Below, in pieces: positions 15,974 through 26,668 of a stretch of 32,000 nucleotides of DNA (position 1 is the stretch's first letter; every line of letters begins with the position of its first letter). The notes under the pieces are model-generated. The model had not been told where the DNA came from, did not search any database, and saw only the letters and a list, made by a program, of their open reading frames with translations. The translations under genes were made by a program, and so were the position numbers. The stretch spans positions 2,400,001 through 2,432,000 of the forward strand of contig NZ_CP013213.1 in NCBI RefSeq assembly GCF_001545095.1, given 5' to 3'. The DNA is from Erysipelothrix larvae. GTDB lineage: Bacteria > Bacillota_I > Bacilli_A > Erysipelotrichales > Erysipelotrichaceae.

Positions 15974-18185
15974 GGAATGTACGACTAATTACTTCACGTT
16001 GTTGTTCTGGTGACAAACGAATGAAGTTAACAGCGTAACCTGATACACGAATTGTAAGTTGTGGGTAATTCTCTGGATGCACCATAGCATCTTCGAGTTT
16101 TTCACGGTTCAATACGTTTACATTCAAGTGGTGAGCACTTTGGTTAAAGTATCCATCCATAACACCTACAAGGTTTGTTACTTGTTCATCTTCGCTCTTA
16201 CCAAGAACTTGAGGAACAATACTGAATGTATTTGATACACCATCTTCACACACTTCGTTGTAAGGAATCTTAGCAACTGAGTTCAATGAAGCAAGTGCTC
16301 CTGAACGATCACGTCCGTGCATTGGGTTCGCACCTGGTGCAAATGCTTCACCAGCTTTACGTCCATCAGGTGTTGCACCTGTCTTCTTACCGTATACAAC
16401 GTTAGATGTAATTGTAAGAATTGATAGTGTATGTTTCGCATCGCGAATAATTGGGTGAGTTTTTAGGTAACGTGAGAAACGTTCAACCAAGTCAACAGCG
16501 ATGCTGTCTACACGGTCATCATCATTTCCGTATTGTGGGTAATCGCCTTCGATTTCAAAGTCAACAGCGATTCCTTCTTCATTACGAATTGGTTTAACTT
16601 TCGCAAATTTGATTGCTGAAAGTGAATCCGCAACAACTGAAAGACCTGCAATACCAAACGCCATTAAGCGTTGTACGTTTGTATCATGAAGTGCCATTTG
16701 GCTCTTTTCATACGCATATTTATCATGCATGTAGTGGATGATGTTCATTGAATCAACATAGATTCCAGCAAGTTGTTGCATTACTGCATCGTAAGCTTTC
16801 ATTACTTTGTCGTAATCAAGTACTTCATCATTCATTGGTTCAACACCTTCAAGTACTTTCATGCCACGTTTTTCATCAACCCCACCATTAATAGCATAAA
16901 GGAGTGCTTTAGCTAGGTTGGCACGTGCACCAAAGTATTGCATTTGTTTACCAATTTTCATTGCAGATACACAACATGCGATTCCGTAATCATCGCCAAA
17001 GTCTGGACGCATTACTTCGTCATTTTCATATTGTAGAGCACCTGTTTCGATTGACATCTTCGCAGCATAGCGCTTGAAGCCTTCAGGTAATTTATCGGAC
17101 CATAATACAGTCATGTTTGGCTCAGGAGCTGGTCCTAAGTTTGTGAGTGTATGTAGGTAACGGAATGAGTTCTTTGTTACTAATGGACGTCCATCTTCAC
17201 CAATACCTGCGATTGATTCAGTAACCCAAGTTGGGTCACCCGCAAATAGATCATCATACTCAGGTGTACGAAGGTGACGTACTAAACGTAATTTCATGAT
17301 AAATTGATCAATGTATGATTGAGCAGTTTTTTCATCGATGATGCCTTCTTCAAGGTCACGTTGAATGTAAATATCGAGGAATGTAGATGTACGACCTAAG
17401 CTCATCGCTGCACCATTATTTTCCTTAACAGCAGCTAAATAACCGAAGTATGTCCATTGGATTGCTTCTTTAGCATTTGTAGCTGGTCCACTGATATCGC
17501 AACCATATTGAGCTGCCATCGCTTTAATATCGCCTAATGAACGAATTTGTTCATTTGTTTCTTCACGTAATTGAATTGTTTCAGCGTTGATTGTTGTAAT
17601 CTTGCTTAGATCCACTTTCTTCGCTTCTACTAAAGCATCAATACCGTAAAGTGCAATACGACGGTAGTCACCAATAATACGACCACGACCATAAGCATCT
17701 GGTAATCCAGTGATAAGTCCAGTTGAACGTGCACGACGAATTTCTGGAGTATATGCATCAAAAACCCCTTGATTATGTGTTTTTGTATAGTTATGGAAGA
17801 AATGAGATGTTTTTTCATCCATCTTACGGTTGTAGATATCAAGAATTGAATCTACTAAACGGATACCACCGTAAGGGTTGATGATTCTCTTTAATGGAGC
17901 ATCTGTTTGAAGCCCAACAATTTCCTCATCTTCTTGAATTATATAGCCCGGTTTGAAGTTGTTTACACCTGAAATACTGTCCATTTCAATATCTAAGACG
18001 CGAACTTTTACTTCTTCTTTAAGTAATTCTAAACAACGATTCCAAAGACGTTCAGTGTTATCACTAATTCCTTCTAAGAATGCTTCATCACCTTCATAAG
18101 GTGTGTAGTTCTTTTGAATGAAATCGCGTACATTGATTTCTTCTTGCCATTGTCCTGCTTTAAATTTATTCCATGCATTTGTCAT
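15960..18185 (-). CDS. pflB: formate C-acetyltransferase (pyruvate formate-lyase)
   Basis: Start at the ATG at 18185, following AAAGGAGTGA. 741 aa. Glycyl-radical motif [11 protein letters not shown]. Active-site IACCVSAM. Confidence 0.96.
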   Translation of the reverse strand: MTNAWNKFKAGQWQEEINVRDFIQKNYTPYEGDEAFLEGISDNTERLWNRCLELLKEEVKVRVLDIEMDSISGVNNFKPGYIIQEDEEIVGLQTDAPLKRIINPYGGIRLVDSILDIYNRKMDEKTSHFFHNYTKTHNQGVFDAYTPEIRRARSTGLITGLPDAYGRGRIIGDYRRIALYGIDALVEAKKVDLSKITTINAETIQLREETNEQIRSLGDIKAMAAQYGCDISGPATNAKEAIQWTYFGYLAAVKENNGAAMSLGRTSTFLDIYIQRDLEEGIIDEKTAQSYIDQFIMKLRLVRHLRTPEYDDLFAGDPTWVTESIAGIGEDGRPLVTKNSFRYLHTLTNLGPAPEPNMTVLWSDKLPEGFKRYAAKMSIETGALQYENDEVMRPDFGDDYGIACCVSAMKIGKQMQYFGARANLAKALLYAINGGVDEKRGMKVLEGVEPMNDEVLDYDKVMKAYDAVMQQLAGIYVDSMNIIHYMHDKYAYEKSQMALHDTNVQRLMAFGIAGLSVVADSLSAIKFAKVKPIRNEEGIAVDFEIEGDYPQYGNDDDRVDSIAVDLVERFSRYLKTHPIIRDAKHTLSILTITSNVVYGKKTGATPDGRKAGEAFAPGANPMHGRDRSGALASLNSVAKIPYNEVCEDGVSNTFSIVPQVLGKSEDEQVTNLVGVMDGYFNQSAHHLNVNVLNREKLEDAMVHPENYPQLTIRVSGYAVNFIRLSPEQQREVISRTFHDSI

Positions 18186-18300
18186 ATGTATCACTCCTTT
18201 GCCCATATACTATAACATATATAAAGCGATAGACTGTGTATTTCTTGATAAAAGTAAGCGGTTTCTCTAGTTATTAGTGAAACATTCGCCATATTTCACG

Positions 18301-18331
18301 AAAAAACAAAAACCGCTTGTCAAAAGCGGTA
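18301..18331 (-). terminator. rho-independent terminator after murA
   Basis: The stem accgctt (18312-18318) pairs with aagcggt (18324-18330). The minus-strand RNA continues UUUUUGUUUUUU. Confidence 0.7.
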
Positions 18332-18358
18332 ATTATTTCACAAGGTTGAGAGTCGTTA

Positions 18359-19624
18359 TCACTCAACATCTTCGCGCCAGATTTTAGCGCCTAATTCGAT
18401 TAATTTTGTATCCAAATTATCGTATCCACGATCGATATGATACGAGTCATGAATCGTCGTTACTCCATCAGCAATCAAGCCAGCTACGACAAGACTTGCA
18501 CCGCATCTTAAATCTGTTGCGGTTACTTTTGCACCATAGAGTGGGGTTGCACCATTGATTAAGGCTTGACCTTGACCAACAATAATATTTGCACCCATTC
18601 TTTGAAGTTCCGCACAATGCTTAAAGCGTTCTGTATAGATTGTTTCACGAACCATCGATTGACCAGTTGCTTGTGTTAATAATGTTGTTAGGGGTTGTTG
18701 CAGGTCAGTAGCGAATCCAGGATAAGGTTGTGTTTGGATATCAGTAGCAATGAGCTCTCTTCCACTACGAACAATAACATAATCTGAGCCTAACTCTAAA
18801 TCAACACCCATCTCAACAAGTTTCGATAATAATGCTTCCAAGTGTTGGGGAATAATATTATCAACACGTACTTCTTCAGCCATTGCTGCTGCCATGATGA
18901 TAAATGTTCCTGCTTCAATACGGTCTGGAATAATTTCATGCGGTGTACCTGTCAGGTTTTCAACACCATCAATTGTAATCACACTGGTACCTGCACCTTT
19001 AATGTTTGCGCCCATTTTATTTAAAAAGGTTGCGACATCAATGATTTCAGGTTCTTTTGCAGCATTTTCAATTAATGTACGGCCCTTTGCATAAACTGCA
19101 GCAAGCATAATATTCAATGTTGCACCAACCGAAGCAACGTCCAAGTAAATTTTCGCACCCGTAAGTTCTTCTGCGGATATTTCATAATATCCATGGTGAT
19201 ATTCAATGTTTGCACCCAATGCCTCAAATCCTTTAAGATGTAAGTCAATTGGTCGCGGTCCAAGGTAACAACCTCCAGGCATTTGCATTTTCACATACTT
19301 GTATTTTCCGAGTAAAGCACCCATAAAGTAATACGATGCACGAAGCTTAGTTGCTGCTTCATGGTCTAACACTTTATTTTTCATGTTGGTTGTATTAATT
19401 TGGAAATGATCGGAGGATGGAGACGTTACGTCAACACCCAATTCCTTTAGCAAGATTGATAGCGATTCAACATCCGAGATGTTTGGAACGCCATATATAT
19501 CTACCACACTGTCGTTTGCTAAGATCGCAGCAGGTATTAATGCCACTGTTGCATTTTTCGCGCCACTAATATGAACGCTACCCTTCAACTTGTGACCACC
19601 TTCGATTTTAATAACATTTCCCAT
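18359..19624 (-). CDS. murA: UDP-N-acetylglucosamine 1-carboxyvinyltransferase
   Basis: 421 aa. Motifs: [18 protein letters not shown], ...[15 protein letters not shown]... (catalytic Cys loop), and ...[17 protein letters not shown]. The SD GAGGAG lies 7 nt upstream. Confidence 0.96.
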   Translation of the reverse strand: MGNVIKIEGGHKLKGSVHISGAKNATVALIPAAILANDSVVDIYGVPNISDVESLSILLKELGVDVTSPSSDHFQINTTNMKNKVLDHEAATKLRASYYFMGALLGKYKYVKMQMPGGCYLGPRPIDLHLKGFEALGANIEYHHGYYEISAEELTGAKIYLDVASVGATLNIMLAAVYAKGRTLIENAAKEPEIIDVATFLNKMGANIKGAGTSVITIDGVENLTGTPHEIIPDRIEAGTFIIMAAAMAEEVRVDNIIPQHLEALLSKLVEMGVDLELGSDYVIVRSGRELIATDIQTQPYPGFATDLQQPLTTLLTQATGQSMVRETIYTERFKHCAELQRMGANIIVGQGQALINGATPLYGAKVTATDLRCGASLVVAGLIADGVTTIHDSYHIDRGYDNLDTKLIELGAKIWREDVE

Positions 19625-19645
19625 AAAATACTCCTCTATAAATTT

Positions 19646-20386
19646 TTACGATTTGTCCCTGATATAAGTATAAAGGAATCCCACAAAAAATGCACCCCCA
19701 ACGATATTCCCTAGATATACAATCACAAAGTTATATACAAAGTCAAATAAGGTTACGGATGTGTTCAATACTGCTGCACCAAGTATGTATAGATTGGCCA
19801 CGCTGTGTTGAAATCCTAAGAGCACAAATACCATGATTGGAAACCATACAGCAAACATTTTTGCGCCAGTATCCTTCACCATAATAAATAACCAAACGGA
19901 CAATCCCACAAACCAGTTACATCCAATTCCTGATACAAAGATCTGCATTGGAGACGCATTGATTTTGTGATGAGCGATATTTGCAACAACTTCAGGTGAT
20001 ACATTTCCTAAGAAGTATGTAAAGAAGAAGGCTACAAATAATGCACCAATTATATTCCCAAATGTGATAATCATCCAGTTTTTTAAACACTGCCCAAGTG
20101 TTACTCTTTTATTAAAATAAGCAATGGATACAATCGTCATATTTCCTGTAATTAACTCCCCGCCAGCAAATAAAATTATGATTAGCCCAACAGGGAATAC
20201 TGAAGCACCAACCACCGTGCCCATTCCTTCGCCCAATAATGAAACTGAGCGGACATATGCCATATAACCAAATGCAATCATTGCCCCCGCAATAAAGCTT
20301 AGTACAATTTGAGATTTTAAAGATCGTTTGACTTTCTTGACACCAAGCTCACATGCTTTATTGATTGTTTCATCTAATGTATACAT
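19646..20386 (-). CDS. focA: formate/nitrite transporter family channel, probable formate channel
   Basis: Start at the ATG at 20386, following GAGGAGA. 246 aa with 6 TM helices. FNT motifs: GGELITGN and GFQHSVANLY. Formate as substrate is inferred from the nearby pflBA genes. Confidence 0.82.
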   Translation of the reverse strand: MYTLDETINKACELGVKKVKRSLKSQIVLSFIAGAMIAFGYMAYVRSVSLLGEGMGTVVGASVFPVGLIIILFAGGELITGNMTIVSIAYFNKRVTLGQCLKNWMIITFGNIIGALFVAFFFTYFLGNVSPEVVANIAHHKINASPMQIFVSGIGCNWFVGLSVWLFIMVKDTGAKMFAVWFPIMVFVLLGFQHSVANLYILGAAVLNTSVTLFDFVYNFVIVYLGNIVGGAFFVGFLYTYIRDKS

Positions 20387-20401
20387 TTCTACGTTTCTCC
20401 T

Positions 20402-20441
20402 CAAAAAAATAGACTGCATGTCAGATGACACACAGTCTATT
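20402..20441 (-). terminator. rho-independent terminator after fba
   Basis: The stem atagactg (20409-20416) pairs with cagtctat (20433-20440), with inner tgtca/tgaca pairing. The minus-strand RNA continues UUUUUUUGA. Confidence 0.65.
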
Positions 20442-20454
20442 TACTCCGACTTAA

Positions 20455-21321
20455 TTAAGCTTTGTTAGCACTACCGAAGATTTCGATTTTTTCTTTAACG
20501 CCCGCTTTGATAGCAGCTTTTCCTGGCCCTAACAATTTACGTGGGTCAAAGCCTTTACCTTCAAGGTCTTTACCAGCTTCAATATATTTACGAGTTGATT
20601 CAGCAAACAATAATTGTAATTCTGTATTTACGTTGATTTTAGCAACACCGAGTTCGATTGCACGTTGAATTTGGTCAGTAGGAATTCCTGAACCACCGTG
20701 TAATACGAGTGGAATTTCTCCTGTTAAATCTTGGATTGATTTAAGAACACCAAAGTCTAAACCAGCCCAGTTTTCAGGATATTTTCCGTGGATATTACCA
20801 ATACCAGCAGCTAAGAAGTCAATGCCTGTATCAGCCAATGTTTTACATTCTTGAGGATCAGCAAGTTCACCTGTACCGATTACACCATCTTCTTCACCAC
20901 CAATTGAACCAACTTCTGCTTCAACTGAGATTCCGCGTTCATGAGCGTATGCTACAACTTCTTTAGTTTTTGCCAAGTTTTCTTCGAAGTCATAGTGTGA
21001 ACCATCAAACATTACTGAAGTAAATCCAGCGTCGATAGCTTTGAATGATTTTTCATATGAACCATGGTCTAAGTGAAGTGCAACTGGAACCGTTACATTC
21101 AATTCTTCAACCAATGCTTTTACCATATCAGCAACAACTTTGAACCCGCCCATATATTTCGCAGCACCTTCTGATACTCCTAATAATACTGGTGATTTTA
21201 GCTCTTCAGCTGTTTCTAAGATTGCTTGTGTCCATTCTAAATTGTTGATGTTAAATGCTCCAACAGCATAATGTTCACGACGTGCTTTTTCTAAAATTCC
21301 TTTTGCAGATACTAATGCCAT
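20455..21321 (-). CDS. fba: class II fructose-1,6-bisphosphate aldolase
   Basis: 288 aa. Motifs: YAVGAFNINNLE, LHLDHG, VMFDGS, and HGGSGIP. Confidence 0.96.
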   Translation of the reverse strand: MALVSAKGILEKARREHYAVGAFNINNLEWTQAILETAEELKSPVLLGVSEGAAKYMGGFKVVADMVKALVEELNVTVPVALHLDHGSYEKSFKAIDAGFTSVMFDGSHYDFEENLAKTKEVVAYAHERGISVEAEVGSIGGEEDGVIGTGELADPQECKTLADTGIDFLAAGIGNIHGKYPENWAGLDFGVLKSIQDLTGEIPLVLHGGSGIPTDQIQRAIELGVAKINVNTELQLLFAESTRKYIEAGKDLEGKGFDPRKLLGPGKAAIKAGVKEKIEIFGSANKA

Positions 21322-21348
21322 ATCTTATCCTCCTAATAATCTACTATT

Positions 21349-22986
<1,638 letters not shown>

Positions 22987-22990
22987 TTAT

Positions 22991-23030
22991 AAAAAAAATG
23001 AGCCCCCAAAATCATTTGGAGGCGTTGCCC
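22991..23030 (-). promoter_or_regulatory. pyrG leader: GGGC initially transcribed sequence plus intrinsic terminator (CTP-responsive attenuator of the B. subtilis type)
   Basis: Minus strand reads GGGC-AAC-GCCUCCAAA-UGAU-UUUGGGGGC-UCA-UUUUUUUU. The stem is 9 bp. The 5' arm is pyrimidine-rich (CCUCC). GGGC begins 7 nt after the -10. Confidence 0.6.
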
Positions 23031-23036
23031 TTTTTA

Positions 23037-23065
23037 ATTCTATCAAACTTGACTTTCTACTTCAA
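23037..23065 (-). promoter_or_regulatory. pyrG promoter
   Basis: Minus strand reads TTGAAG (23065-23060), a 17-nt spacer ending in TGa, then TAGAAT (23042-23037). The -35 lies 9 nt downstream of the rpoE stop. Confidence 0.55.
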
Positions 23066-23074
23066 CAAAGAAAA

Positions 23075-23392
23075 CTATATTTCGCCTTCTTCTTCTTCAA
23101 ACTCTTCTTCTTCGAATTCCTCATAGTCTTCATACGCTTCTGTTAATTCAGGATCAATTTTAAGTGTATCCTCTGCATAACGTTCACGAAGATCCCATTG
23201 GTTACCCTCTAAAGAGATAAAGCGAGAATCAAGCATTAATGCATTGTAGAAAGATGCAATTTTCTTTTTTGCCATCTCATCTGTATAGCCAACATCATCA
23301 CAAACTTCTTTCCATAGTTTGTTAAAAACCACTTGTTTGCGTTTGCGCTTTAAACTACGATATGCTACATCGCTTAGTGAATTTCCTGCCAT
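23075..23392 (-). CDS. rpoE: DNA-directed RNA polymerase delta subunit (short form)
   Basis: Start at the ATG at 23392, following GAGGAGG. 105 aa. N-terminal HARE-HTH-like segment: DVAYRSLKRKRKQVVFNKLWKEVCDDVG...FYNALMLDSRFISLEGNQWDLRERY. Acidic tail: YEDYEEFEEEEFEEEEGEI. It sits upstream of pyrG, as in Bacillus. Confidence 0.8.
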   Translation of the reverse strand: MAGNSLSDVAYRSLKRKRKQVVFNKLWKEVCDDVGYTDEMAKKKIASFYNALMLDSRFISLEGNQWDLRERYAEDTLKIDPELTEAYEDYEEFEEEEFEEEEGEI

Positions 23393-23778
23393 GTTTTGAC
23401 CTCCTCTAACCAGGAACAAGAATAATTATAGCTATCAATAATTTGATTATTATCAATCAAATTATACGACAATCCCACAAAATCATCCTGTACCTCAAGT
23501 TTTATTAATTGAACTTCGAAGACCAGCTTCCCTTCGTCAGAATTAATCTGAACCCACGATTCCTCTTTTGAAAAATAACAGGTAGTGATCCACTCTCCGT
23601 ATCTTCGTAATAAACATGTATCGCGTGTGATATCTAACACAACTTGCACAGTATCATTTTCTCGATAAATCACACGAACTGATCCATTTAGATTATTGAC
23701 TTCCCCTAAGGCATCTACAAATGATAATGTTGTATCATTTGAATGCTGCTGAACTCTGATTGCCCTGTTTATGGTCAA
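23374..23778 (-). CDS. hypothetical protein, DUF1934 (YwiB)-like beta-barrel candidate
   Basis: 134 aa. Its alternating beta-strand pattern (VRVIYREND..VQVVLDI...LLRRYGEW...GKLVFEVQLIKLEV...VGLSYNLID) and its position before rpoE resemble DUF1934. The track start is a TTG placed too close to AAGAGG (3 nt), so the start codon is uncertain. It overlaps rpoE by 19 nt. Confidence 0.5.
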   Translation of the reverse strand: MTINRAIRVQQHSNDTTLSFVDALGEVNNLNGSVRVIYRENDTVQVVLDITRDTCLLRRYGEWITTCYFSKEESWVQINSDEGKLVFEVQLIKLEVQDDFVGLSYNLIDNNQIIDSYNYSCSWLEEVKTWQEIH

Positions 23779-23804
23779 ACACCTCTTATCTATTACGTAA
23801 TAGA

Positions 23805-23832
23805 ATTATATTTAATTACACCCTAATGTCAA
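23805..23832 (-). promoter_or_regulatory. near-consensus promoter for the DUF1934-like gene and rpoE
   Basis: Minus strand reads TTGACA (23832-23827), a 16-nt spacer, then TATAAT (23810-23805). Confidence 0.6.
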
Positions 23833-24159
23833 GCGAAATTCAGATATTTATATGAAAGTTTTGTGAAGTGTCAGTAATACACCTTTAAACAAAGGAGAAA
23901 ACGGGATTTAATTATAGAAACTTTTGAAAAGTCATTCATAACAATAGTGATTCCATCATTGAATAAAAATTTATTTATATAACCTCTTTGGTGTATAAAA
24001 TTTAGACCAAAACAGTCCCAATGAAAACACAGTGAGATCCTGAGTAACGATTTCGTTATACACCTTCATTGCTTTACATTATGTGATTTTATGCTTCACT
24101 TTCTTATTTACACTAAACCCCACTCGCAGATACGTTTCTTCTTAAACCCTGATCGGGTT

Positions 24160-24198
24160 CAAATAAAAATGGGACTCAATATATCAAGTCCCATTTTG
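24160..24198 (-). terminator. rho-independent terminator after the gltX-HD-peptidase operon
   Basis: 11-bp stem: aaaatgggact (24166-24176) with agtcccatttt (24187-24197). The U-tract UUUUUAUUU lies on the minus strand. Confidence 0.72.
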
Positions 24199-24204
24199 CA
24201 TGAA

Positions 24205-25431
24205 TTACGTGTTATGAATTTCCTTTAGCAATGCTTCAATACCATCTGCATCTCGAATGATGAATGGTGCAAGGTCTTCGCATCCATCTTCAGTAATGAG
24301 TAAGTCTGTCTCAATACGAATGCCAATGCCTTCTTCTGCAATGTAAAGTCCTGGCTCATCGGTAATTACATGTCCAGGTTCAAGCGGCATTGCACGGTCT
24401 GACCATACATCGTGTGTATCTAGCCCCAGTGAATGACCTACACTGTGGTAGTAATACCGTCCAATGTCTTCACTGCGTTCAAGAAGTCCAAGTGTCTTCA
24501 GACCTTGAGCGAGTTTCTCTTTAGATAACTCATTTAAATCAATAATTGATACACCCGGTCTTGCGGCTGCTTTTACTGCTTCAAAGCACTCAAGTACAAC
24601 GTTGTAGATATCACGTTGACGTGGTGTAAAGGTACCATTGATTGGATAGGTTTGTGAAATATCAGCACCATAGTGATTCACACGAATCCCTAGATCTAAC
24701 AATACGAGCTCTCCATCATTTAAGGGTTCATCATTTTTTATATAGTGAAGAACGGTCCCATTCATCCCAGAAGCCACAATCGTTTCAAACATTTGATCAC
24801 CTGATTGTTTCGCACCTTCATAATGGAATCGTGCAGCCATATCATTTTCATTTGCATCAGGTTTCATTTCTTCCAACATAGCAAGAATTGACTCATGCGT
24901 TACTTTAATTGCGTGTTTAATGGCGTCAACTTCTTCAGGGAATTTAACCATTCGACTGCGCACAAAAATTTCTGTAACATCTGTGACACGTTGAATGCCA
25001 ACATAGTCAGCCATTCCGATTGCAGAACCATAGACTTGTTCTTGGTATGTATTGTGGTCCATATCAAGTCCTATACGGTTATTTGATTCAAGCACTTTGT
25101 TGAGATACTTATCAAAGTCTTCAAAATAACGGACATCTTTAATTCCACAGATGTCTTGCGCTTCTTCTTTACGCATGTAATGCCCAACCCATTTTTCTTG
25201 AGATTCATCGACATCACGTAAAAAGAGGATATCACCTTTTGGATCAAAGACTAAAACTGCACCCGGTTCTTCAATGCCTGTTGCATATACAAAGTTACGG
25301 TTTGCGTGGAATGGATAATCAGCATCTGCACTTTTGCGAATTGGTAATCCGCTAAATACAAAGGTAGTTGTGTTTTTAGGCAAATGATCACGGATCAGTT
25401 TGCGAATTTTTATATACGTTTCTCTGTTCAT
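24205..25431 (-). CDS. M24-family Xaa-Pro aminopeptidase/dipeptidase
   Basis: Start at the ATG at 25431, following AAAGGAG. 408 aa. Metal-ligand motifs: VLLDLG...YGADISQT, HSVGHSLGLDTHD, EPGLYI, and GIRIETDLLIT. Confidence 0.87.
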   Translation of the reverse strand: MNRETYIKIRKLIRDHLPKNTTTFVFSGLPIRKSADADYPFHANRNFVYATGIEEPGAVLVFDPKGDILFLRDVDESQEKWVGHYMRKEEAQDICGIKDVRYFEDFDKYLNKVLESNNRIGLDMDHNTYQEQVYGSAIGMADYVGIQRVTDVTEIFVRSRMVKFPEEVDAIKHAIKVTHESILAMLEEMKPDANENDMAARFHYEGAKQSGDQMFETIVASGMNGTVLHYIKNDEPLNDGELVLLDLGIRVNHYGADISQTYPINGTFTPRQRDIYNVVLECFEAVKAAARPGVSIIDLNELSKEKLAQGLKTLGLLERSEDIGRYYYHSVGHSLGLDTHDVWSDRAMPLEPGHVITDEPGLYIAEEGIGIRIETDLLITEDGCEDLAPFIIRDADGIEALLKEIHNT

Positions 25432-25444
25432 ATCAAACTCCTTT

Positions 25445-26668
25445 TCATTCTGGATAGAAAACTTTAAAGTCTTCTTTATCTTCTTGTAATACAAATCCCT
25501 TTACAATCTGTGATGCACTGGACAATTCCACCAGTTCTTGATTTTTTAATACTCGAATTGGTTTCGGTCCTTCATGTTCATCATAGGGTTTGTAGAGAAT
25601 TTGTGTCATATAATCCATCACAACATAATAGCGTGGATTATATCCTTTCGATTCAACCTCTGTTGAGATTGACTCAATCATTGCTTCACTTTCAACATCT
25701 TGATACTTAAATAAATCACGATTCACAAGCCGGGTTGTAAGGTCTCTTAAGACTTCATCCTCACTATTCATGAGCATCATAAATCCATACATACAGGTTG
25801 TTTCATCGAGATAGAAATGATCTTCTACACTCACCTCATCATTGAGCAACAAATTTTTAAACAAGGGTAACATGTTCAAAATTTCAGGTTTCTCAAACGC
25901 AACATCTTTAAGTCGTTTAAAAATCATATGCAAAATGCTTTCATAAGCACGTGAGGTTGGATGGAGATATACTTGCCAATACATTTGATACCGAGCCATA
26001 ATGTAATCTTCAACCGCATGGATGCCACTTTCCTTCACCACGAGTTCATCATCAACAACACGAAGTGTCCGTAAGATTCTGAACAAATCAAACTCACCAT
26101 AGCTAACACCTGTAAAGTATGAATCTCTTAAAAGATAATCCATGCGATCCGCATCGAGTTGACTCGATATGATTTGTGTCAGAAGTTCTCGCTTATGACG
26201 ATGTGAAATAATGTCCGCCACCATTTGAGGAAGATTACCATCAGCGCGATGGAGAATTTGATGAATCTCAGAGCTTGATTCTAATATGATCTTGTCTGTA
26301 TAGGCTTCGTGGTTCACACTGGTGACACTTTCAAAAGAATGCGAAAAGGGACCATGACCAACATCATGGAGTAAAGCAGCGCATAAAACCGCAACACGTT
26401 CAGTTTCACTTAAGGCAATCTTTAACCCTTTTACGTTTTCAATCATCAAACGTGCAACTTCATACACACCTAATGAATGGCCAAAACGCGAGTGTTCAGC
26501 GGTGTGATACACCTGAAAGGTTCCACCAAGCTGATGGATGCGCCTTAAACGTTGAAACTCTTTGGAATCAATGAGTTCCCATATGACTGCATCTTCAACA
26601 TTAATGTATCCGTGGACTGGATCTCTTAATACTTTATGTTCTGAAGTTTTTTTATAGTGAATTGACAT
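25445..26668 (-). CDS. HD-domain phosphohydrolase, SAMHD1/EF1143/YwfO-like (putative dNTP triphosphohydrolase)
   Basis: 407 aa. N-terminus KVLRDPVHGYINV. HD motif: RFGHSLGVYE...ALLHDVGHGPFSH. Also ...DADRMDYLLRDSYFTGV.... It overlaps the end of gltX by 17 nt. Confidence 0.8.
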   Translation of the reverse strand: MSIHYKKTSEHKVLRDPVHGYINVEDAVIWELIDSKEFQRLRRIHQLGGTFQVYHTAEHSRFGHSLGVYEVARLMIENVKGLKIALSETERVAVLCAALLHDVGHGPFSHSFESVTSVNHEAYTDKIILESSSEIHQILHRADGNLPQMVADIISHRHKRELLTQIISSQLDADRMDYLLRDSYFTGVSYGEFDLFRILRTLRVVDDELVVKESGIHAVEDYIMARYQMYWQVYLHPTSRAYESILHMIFKRLKDVAFEKPEILNMLPLFKNLLLNDEVSVEDHFYLDETTCMYGFMMLMNSEDEVLRDLTTRLVNRDLFKYQDVESEAMIESISTEVESKGYNPRYYVVMDYMTQILYKPYDEHEGPKPIRVLKNQELVELSSASQIVKGFVLQEDKEDFKVFYPE

